Below, piece by piece: positions 9,259-15,315 of a stretch of DNA of 44,175 nucleotides. How positions within the stretch are numbered: the first letter of the stretch is position 1; every line of letters begins with the position of its first letter. The stretch is taken from the IMG/VR virus record IMGVR_UViG_3300032373_001178, positions 1 to 44,175 of that record; one strand, 5' to 3'. The notes beneath the pieces were generated by a model. The model was given only the letters and a program-made list of their open reading frames with translations, was not told the DNA's origin and ran no database searches. The position numbers and the translations under genes were made by a program. The stretch is from a virus (lineage: Duplodnaviria; Caudoviricetes).

Positions 9259-9795
9259 CTACCTCTTGCCATCTAAGGTGTGGTTATCAGCAAATGAGTA
9301 ATACCCGGTGGTTGTCACTATCAAATGGTCGACCAGTTCTAAATCAAGAACTTCCCCGCACTTTTTCAGTTCCCCTGTTATCTTAAAATCTGATTCGCTC
9401 GGTTTTAAACTTCCAGATGGATGATTGTGAGCAACCATAAAGGAGGAAGCACCACTTTTAAGCCCCGTGGCCAGAATTAATTTTTTGTCAGCAACAACAC
9501 CTGAAATCCCTCCATCCCCGATCTTAATCCAGCCAAGGACACGCATCGCACTGTTTAGAAAAATTGCGTAAAATGATTCTCGTAGTTCAATCGTGTCGTG
9601 ATCCCAAACCTTCATTAGGTAATCACGAGCGGCATCACTAGATGAAATCTTCACACGTTCGGAGGCAGGCGTTTTAGTTTTATATCTAAGCTGTATTTCC
9701 TCTAACATTGGGCATGTTTCCCAAGATTCGCCACGGGGCTGCACTTCGCCTTGTGGTGCATCCTCATAAATTGGTAATGCTGTTTGATTTGTCAT
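9259..9795 (-). CDS. JAB-domain (RadC-like) protein
   Basis: E..FYAIFLN...HNHPSGSLKPSESD...LVDHLIV...YYSFAD. Confidence 0.9.
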   Translation of the reverse strand: MTNQTALPIYEDAPQGEVQPRGESWETCPMLEEIQLRYKTKTPASERVKISSSDAARDYLMKVWDHDTIELRESFYAIFLNSAMRVLGWIKIGDGGISGVVADKKLILATGLKSGASSFMVAHNHPSGSLKPSESDFKITGELKKCGEVLDLELVDHLIVTTTGYYSFADNHTLDGKR

Positions 9796-9825
9796 AGTGT
9801 CGTTTATTAGTTGTTGTTGATAGGA

Positions 9826-10059
9826 TTATTGAAGTATTTCGACCACTTCTAAAAGATTGTGATCATACTCATCGTTATAGGAGTAAGTATGAATTTCAGA
9901 TCCAAAAAAATCAGCTTGTGAGAGTGTCCCCAATTGGCTCATTTCTATTTCGTCCCCTACTGCTAAATTCCCCGCGTTAGGAAATTCAAACAAGTCAATC
10001 TCATGGTCAAAACTGGTCTTGTAATTACATGCGTCCCGATATAAAAATGTTACTGTCAT
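9826..10059 (-). CDS. Small acidic hypothetical protein (first gene of the left arm)
   Basis: 77 aa, FLYRDACNYK...DH. Confidence 0.7.
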   Translation of the reverse strand: MTVTFLYRDACNYKTSFDHEIDLFEFPNAGNLAVGDEIEMSQLGTLSQADFFGSEIHTYSYNDEYDHNLLEVVEILQ

Positions 10060-10090
10060 AGATTCTAATTTTGGTTAGTATTTGTTGAAA

Positions 10091-10162
10091 TAGTCCCCCC
10101 GGCCGGAATTGAACCAGCCGAACGATAAAACCCTAAATCGTTTCTGAACCTCAGAGGGGGGA
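10091..10162 (-). ncRNA. Non-canonical tRNA-like cloverleaf
   Basis: TCCCCCC/GGGGGGA acceptor stem; TCTGA-GGT-TCAGA; AACGAT-N10-ATCGTT; GGCTGG-TTCAATT-CCGGCC T-arm; ends CTA rather than CCA. Confidence 0.6.
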
Positions 10163-10500
10163 TAAAAGCGCAACTCGTATAGTCACGCTTTTAGATGTTT
10201 TCATTGTGTTTAGTTCTTCCGGGCACTTCCGCCAGTTTACCCGGTTACATTTGTTTGCAAGCCTTAAAGACTTGCCTTCGTTTTGCCTTCTAATCGCGGC
10301 ACTTTCCCTTATACCCGTCACAGGTATTAGTTAGGCTCAGAGGGTGTAAAGCTCCTGCCCGGAATTGTCGCCAGATTCATTGTCCCGCCTTTCTCATGGC
10401 GGGGGCTGCGGTTCGAACAACGTTGCTGTTAAATCCATTGGGTTACTGTACTTCGCCCGAAGCCGTTTAAGCGGGTCATTTCCTACCCGTGTTCGTTTTA
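10163..10500 (-). ncRNA. Candidate structured leader RNA
   Basis: Gene-free, visibly GC-enriched, with many hairpins (CGGGT/ACCCG, CCCGCC/GGCGGG, ATACC/GGTAT, GCAAGTC/GGCTTGC, AAAAGCG/CGCTTTT) and a 9-bp long-range pair, 10217-25 with 10356-64. Confidence 0.55.
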
Positions 10501-10505
10501 TCAAG

Positions 10506-10532
10506 ATGTCAAAGAACAGGCGTTAAAAGCCT
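10506..10532 (-). promoter_or_regulatory. boxB-like hairpin plus boxA antitermination element
   Basis: AGGC-TTTTAAC-GCCT followed by (T)GTTCTTTGACAT; 10/12 match to rrn boxA TGCTCTTTAACA. Confidence 0.65.
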
Positions 10533-10554
10533 TTGTATTGATTAATCAACAATG

Positions 10555-10562
10555 CAATGATA
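10555..10562 (-). promoter_or_regulatory. Possible Bacteroidetes -7 promoter element
   Basis: TATCATTG, one mismatch to TAnnTTTG, about 40 nt upstream of boxA. Confidence 0.35.
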
Positions 10563-10567
10563 TGCAA

Positions 10568-10607
10568 TAAATCTACATAAATCTACACTAAACTACATAA
10601 ACCTACA
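10568..10607. repeat. Four tandem 10-bp repeats (TAAATCTACA-like)
   Basis: TAAATCTACA TAAATCTACA CTAAACTACA TAAACCTACA. Confidence 0.8.
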
Positions 10608-10664
10608 ATGTAACAACTTAACTAATTGACTATCAATGACTTTAATTTTAAACTATTTTTAGGT

Positions 10665-10742
10665 AGTAAAGGAGAATGACCGGTAAATAGGGTTAACCGG
10701 ACTAGTAAAAGAGATTGACCACACCGGTAAAACAGGCTGACC
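10665..10742. repeat. Four degenerate 17-bp direct repeats RGTAAA-N6-TRACC
   Basis: AGTAAAGGAGAATGACC (10665), GGTAAATAGGGTTAACC (10682), AGTAAAAGAGATTGACC (10704), GGTAAAACAGGCTGACC (10726). Confidence 0.6.
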
Positions 10743-10786
10743 CTAAGAAGTAAGAAGAAAGAAAAACAGGTAAGAAACCACATGAG

Positions 10787-11149
10787 CTAAACCCGGTTTA
10801 AATGGCTTTCCATTATTCGGGCGTATCTCCTTAACACAAGTTCACCGGGTCCGGTAATGTGATAGTAATTAGCTCGTGAAGGGCTGGAGGTCTTTCGGGT
10901 AATCTCTATATATCCTATCTGCTCTAATTGGTGTATGTATTTATATACATCTGTAGAAGGGAGAACCAACAGCCATTGTATAAGAGCGGGAACCGTAAAA
11001 AATGGTTGATCGGGTTCTTGCAATGAATAAGCACCGCACAGTATTTCAAGTTGCCCCCGATTAAGCCCGTACAACTGCCGAATCTCTTTAATAACCTTAC
11101 GATTGATTGAGAATTGACGAATGAGGGGTAAACCTTTATAAATGGACAT
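10787..11149 (-). CDS. Winged-helix (MarR-like) DNA-binding protein
   Basis: GLNRGQLEIL...VYKYIHQLEQIGYIEI...YYHITGPG pattern typical of wHTH proteins. Confidence 0.65.
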   Translation of the reverse strand: MSIYKGLPLIRQFSINRKVIKEIRQLYGLNRGQLEILCGAYSLQEPDQPFFTVPALIQWLLVLPSTDVYKYIHQLEQIGYIEITRKTSSPSRANYYHITGPGELVLRRYARIMESHLNRV

Positions 11150-11556
11150 AAGTACGTTGTATTTGAATCGAACCCCGGAAACACTGGTATTTTATTGGGC
11201 TTCGTTGGTATAAAATCCCCACTCGGTTAGGGTTGAGTGTGGTTGCTTCGTTCACACAGACACAAAGCCACTTTGAAAAGCTTGGTTTTGTTACAATTTC
11301 CCTCAAACCGGGGCCAATTGTCCAAAAAGCAGGAGTACACAGGTAAGAAAAAAACCTAACTGCTTAATTATTAGTGTTTTATACACAAATGATGCAACCC
11401 ATCGTGGAATGAACCTAAAAAGTAAGGTTGAAAAATCGACCCCACCCCCTTTTTCAAATCCGATTTTCTTTTGACGGCCCCACCCTCTGCTATATACAGT
11501 TGGTCCAGTCCAATACCTACAGGGTGATTTTTTTGTTTCCTTCAAAATTTTAACGT

Positions 11557-11655
11557 CAATTTTGTCACGCAAAACAATCAATTGGAGGCAATTTTGTCAC
11601 GCAAAATACGTCTATTGTGGACAAAAGCTCCAATTAAAGTGTAATTTTGTCACGC
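11557..11655 (+). promoter_or_regulatory. Three AATTTTGTCACGC boxes upstream of the late operon
   Basis: CAATTTTGTCACGCAAAA at 11557 and 11589, AATTTTGTCACGC at 11643; the last overlaps TAATTTTG (TAnnTTTG). Confidence 0.7.
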
Positions 11656-11682
11656 TAATAATTCAAAAAAAAGCTCTGTAAG

Positions 11683-12297
11683 ATGCCATTCTATCCCTCT
11701 CCAACATCCCCGCGAGATTATATTTTCTTCCAAGTTGATAGGGTAATTGCCGATAGTATTCAGGGCGAAAACGGGCTTAGTCTGGTGCTCATAACTGGAG
11801 GAGAACCCGGAAGTGATTTACATCATGTTCGTGAGTATGGTGAGGTCGTGGCGACTCCCAAATTGTTGAGCACTCATCTGGATACCACAATGGATGTTCA
11901 AATTGGAGACAAAATATACTTCCACTTCCATACCGTTAGCGATGAAAACCGGATTGAGCTGGAGGGAGAGATTTACTATAAGGTTCACTATTCCCAAGTG
12001 TATTGTGCCATCCGAGACAATCGCCTGATCATGCTTAACGATTATCTATTGGCCACTCCCAAAATGGAATCGGAGGATGACATCAAGACACCTGGAGGCA
12101 TCTACCTAAAGATGGAGCCTGAGCCAATCCCCTTGCGGGCTATCGTGGCTCATATACCAGCAGGTCCGGGATTCGATGAAATCCAGGTCGGGGATGAGAT
12201 TTATTACAACAGTCATAGCGATGTCCCCATCTCCATTGAAGGAAAAAGCTACTACCGAATGCGGCAACAAGATGTCCTGGCAAAATATACCGAATGA
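11683..12297 (+). CDS. Tandem GroES-like co-chaperonin
   Basis: Two GroES-like halves: GEVVATP..VQIGDKIYF and NDYLLATP..KTPGGIYL..IQVGDEIYY..IEGKSYYRMRQQDVLA. Confidence 0.8.
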   Translation: MPFYPSPTSPRDYIFFQVDRVIADSIQGENGLSLVLITGGEPGSDLHHVREYGEVVATPKLLSTHLDTTMDVQIGDKIYFHFHTVSDENRIELEGEIYYKVHYSQVYCAIRDNRLIMLNDYLLATPKMESEDDIKTPGGIYLKMEPEPIPLRAIVAHIPAGPGFDEIQVGDEIYYNSHSDVPISIEGKSYYRMRQQDVLAKYTE

Positions 12298-12635
12298 AAA
12301 AGAAGTCAAGCCCCCTGGAAACTCATTTCTCGCTCCTCCTGTTGGCTGACAACATTGAGGGATTCGTTCGGGAATTTTCATTTCACCCAACCCGTAGGTG
12401 GAAATTTGATTTTGCACATCCAGGGCTTAAAATAGCAGTCGAGATTGAGGGAGGTATCTGGAGCAACGGTCGCCATGTTCGTGGCAAGGGCTATCAGGAG
12501 GATGCTATCAAGTACAACGAAGCGGTGAAACTGGGATGGAGATTACTTCGATACACAGGCAAAAAGGAGATGCGCAGTTTTCAGCAAGATTGGTTGACAC
12601 TAACGAGGGGGGCGCATGAAGAGGATTCAATATAA
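12294..12635 (+). CDS. PD-(D/E)XK (Vsr/DUF559-like) endonuclease
   Basis: REFSFHPTRRWKFDFA..KIAVEIEGG..GRH..D..KYN.A..LGWRLLR. Confidence 0.8.
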   Translation: MKKKSSPLETHFSLLLLADNIEGFVREFSFHPTRRWKFDFAHPGLKIAVEIEGGIWSNGRHVRGKGYQEDAIKYNEAVKLGWRLLRYTGKKEMRSFQQDWLTLTRGAHEEDSI

Positions 12636-13236
12636 TTCGAAGGATTTCAGTCGCTTGACTTTTCAAATTTTCGAATTGGACCCAAGGGTCCAACTAACGA
12701 AGGAGTTCCCACGCCTTGGGACCGTCCAAGTGTTTGCAAAAAGCACCGGACGCATTGAAAGTAATCTTCTCCTGCGCTATGTGATTTTCTGCTATGACCG
12801 GTACTCACCCCTTCGGGAAATAGAGGACTTGCCACTGAGAAAGGAAACCGCGTTGCATCTTGCGGGGATAACAGAACCATCACCTGGAGTCGAGGCACTG
12901 CTTGACAATAAGCTGCCAATCGTCTGCGATATGATCATCGAGTATTGCAGGCTGCAAAATTCCAGGGTATTTCAGATGAAAGTAGTTGCGCTTGAAGCAT
13001 TGTACGAATACCAGCGACTTATCATTGATCCAATCGACCGCGATTTGGATGACGACAAGAAAATGAGAGCTGCGAACCTCAAAACAAAGCTGATAGAGGA
13101 TTGTGACGTTATCCATTCTAAAATCAAGAAATACAATGAGGAGCTATACGGTTCCGATGATGATGCCGTAGAGGTTGAACAGTTCGTCCGAATTTCTCCA
13201 GAAACAATTTCAAGGGTTTTCAAAGGAGATGTTTAA
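12616..13236 (+). CDS. Hypothetical protein, possible terminase small subunit
   Basis: 206-aa helical protein directly upstream of and overlapping the large terminase; positional inference. Confidence 0.5.
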   Translation: MKRIQYNSKDFSRLTFQIFELDPRVQLTKEFPRLGTVQVFAKSTGRIESNLLLRYVIFCYDRYSPLREIEDLPLRKETALHLAGITEPSPGVEALLDNKLPIVCDMIIEYCRLQNSRVFQMKVVALEALYEYQRLIIDPIDRDLDDDKKMRAANLKTKLIEDCDVIHSKIKKYNEELYGSDDDAVEVEQFVRISPETISRVFKGDV

Positions 13237-15295
13237 ACCATACAAAGGCGGCTCATCAAGGATTATCCAGGGAATCAAACTTTACATCCCTCCAGCCCCT
13301 ATTCGGAAGACAATCGCCAACTATCACCTTCCAAAAAAAGAACAAAGATTCTTCCGGACTGACCTTCCAGAGCAATGGCTTAAAAAAAGAAATGAAGAAA
13401 TCCACCGTCAGAAGTCTGACACTAGTTACGTAAATCCCGAACTGGAATCGTTTCGACTACAGGAATGGGAACGAAGAATAAACGGCTACTGGTTTTTCAA
13501 CAACGGCAAGCCAACCTACATTACCGGCCTTCACTATTTCATGGTGAATTGGTGGAAATGTGATTTCGGATACCCGGACTTTCGTATACCAGACCAGGAG
13601 CTATTCTACTTTCTACAAACAGCAATGGAAGATCCCAATAGTATGGGGATTAACGAGGTTACATTGCGAAGAGACGGCAAAACTGCACGAATGGGCGCTT
13701 TTCTGTACGAGTACAGCAGCCGGTCCTCTTTCGCCTACGCAGGGCTTCAATCCAAAACCGGACCGGATGCCGCAAAGGTCTTTGACCTGTCCATCATTCT
13801 ACCCTGGAAAAATCTTCCAGACTTCTTTCGACCAGTCTACGATTACAACAACACTCAAAAATCGGAGCTGCGTTTTTCCAAACCTCTGAACAAAGGCAAA
13901 AAGGCATTGGACCACTTCCAGGATCGAACCGGGGAACTAAATTCAATTCTCAACTACAAGAACAGCAATCAGTTTGCATATGATGGTTACAAACTACACA
14001 GGTACGGTGCCGATGAAGTTGGAAAGACGGAGGAGGTAAATGTTTGGGAGCGTCATCAAGTTATTATGCCGTGCATGGAGGTTAATGGCGACATCATAGG
14101 AAAAGCATATTACACCACAACCGTAGAGGAAATGAAATCTGGTGGTGCCGATTTCAAAGAACTGCACGATGCTTCCGCTGTCACGGAGAGAAGTGAAAAC
14201 GGAAGAACTAAAAGTGGCTTGTACAATTACTTCAAACCTGCCTATCGAGGATGGAAATACGATAAGTACGGGTTCCCCCTGGAGGAAGCGGCAAAAAAAT
14301 ACTACATGGCTGAGAGGAAAGCCAGGAAAAATGACGCTCGGTCCCTAAGCTCCTACATTCGGAAATTCCCATTCACCATTGAGGAGGCTTTCATGGTCGA
14401 TGGCGAAAACTGCGAGTTCAACGCGATGGTTCTCAATGAGCGACTGACTGAACTAAATTTCAATGAGCACCTGGTTTCAAGAGGAGATTTTATTTGGAAG
14501 GACGGTGTGGAAGATGGAAAAGTAGTTTTTGTTCACAACAACACCAATGGCAGTTTCTATGTGGCATGGCTCCCAAAAACTGACGAGGAAACAAACCTAG
14601 TCAAAGAGATAAGGTCGGTTAACGGAACGCGACAATTCAAGCCACTTAACGATGACAAATTCGCAATTGCTACGGACCCCATTGATCATGGCGTCACCGT
14701 TGATGGAAGACGCAGCAACGCAGCCTCTTATGGGTTTCGAAAATTCGACCTTCTGATAGATGACCCACACGCAACAGACGAAAAAGGGCGCTTGCTATGG
14801 GAAACTTACAATTTCATAATAGAATACATCCATCGTCCTAGTGAACCGACAATGTATTACGAGTCAATGATCCGGCTATGCTGTTTTCTTGGTTGCCAAT
14901 TGCTTGCTGAAAATCAGAAAAGAGGGATTATTACCCACTTCACTAACCGGGGCTATGGGGCTTTCATTATGAGTCGTCCAAAGTTCACATTTACTGCAAA
15001 GGGCAATCAGCAAGACACTCCAGGCATTCCAGCCAGCAAACCAATGATTCAACAATACACAGGTAAGCTGCAAACTTTTGTTGAATACCATGGCCATCGA
15101 ATTCCATTCAAAAGGCTCATTCAAGATCTACTCCAGTTCGACCCAAACAAGCCAACAAAACATGATCCCAGTGTAGGAGCTGGTCTGACCCTGATTGCCT
15201 CCGAGAAAGAAACAGCCAAGAGGAAAGAAACAATTGGTGGCCTCTCCTACGTGCAACTTTATGACAATAGCGGGAATCGATCTCGCCCCTTATAA
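13229..15295 (+). CDS. terL: Terminase large subunit
   Basis: Walker A-like RRDGKT, Walker B YGADEVGK, C-terminal nuclease acidic residues (ATDP, AENQ, HDP); ATG at 13229. Confidence 0.9.
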   Translation: MFKPYKGGSSRIIQGIKLYIPPAPIRKTIANYHLPKKEQRFFRTDLPEQWLKKRNEEIHRQKSDTSYVNPELESFRLQEWERRINGYWFFNNGKPTYITGLHYFMVNWWKCDFGYPDFRIPDQELFYFLQTAMEDPNSMGINEVTLRRDGKTARMGAFLYEYSSRSSFAYAGLQSKTGPDAAKVFDLSIILPWKNLPDFFRPVYDYNNTQKSELRFSKPLNKGKKALDHFQDRTGELNSILNYKNSNQFAYDGYKLHRYGADEVGKTEEVNVWERHQVIMPCMEVNGDIIGKAYYTTTVEEMKSGGADFKELHDASAVTERSENGRTKSGLYNYFKPAYRGWKYDKYGFPLEEAAKKYYMAERKARKNDARSLSSYIRKFPFTIEEAFMVDGENCEFNAMVLNERLTELNFNEHLVSRGDFIWKDGVEDGKVVFVHNNTNGSFYVAWLPKTDEETNLVKEIRSVNGTRQFKPLNDDKFAIATDPIDHGVTVDGRRSNAASYGFRKFDLLIDDPHATDEKGRLLWETYNFIIEYIHRPSEPTMYYESMIRLCCFLGCQLLAENQKRGIITHFTNRGYGAFIMSRPKFTFTAKGNQQDTPGIPASKPMIQQYTGKLQTFVEYHGHRIPFKRLIQDLLQFDPNKPTKHDPSVGAGLTLIASEKETAKRKETIGGLSYVQLYDNSGNRSRPL

Positions 15296-15315
15296 TAACC
15301 CAACAGAACAATACT

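Larger units (their letters stand above)
1514..9810 (-). repeat. Dispersed pre-start-codon motif (CT)AATAAACGAC(AC), 10 copies
   Basis: Plus-strand GTCGTTTATT in copies at about 1514, 3816, 4940, 5410, 5984, 7290, 8168, 9131, 9169 and 9797; nine lie 3-6 nt upstream of an ATG. Confidence 0.95.

Noticed and set aside
1514-9810. CRISPR array or classical integron attC array
   Set aside because: The repeats are only 10-14 nt, non-palindromic and separated by whole genes. There is no RYYYAAC/GTTRRRY pairing and no cas or intI gene in the window.
10091-10500. tmRNA, RNase P RNA or a functional tRNA
   Set aside because: No GGGG-type alanyl acceptor with G3:U70. GGGAAAGTGCC resembles RNase P, but the GAGGAAAGTCC and 3' P4 signatures are absent. 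The D and anticodon arms are non-canonical.
11303-11581. 92-aa minus-strand ORF
   Set aside because: Non-ATG start, overlaps regulatory repeats and low-complexity tracts; probably spurious.
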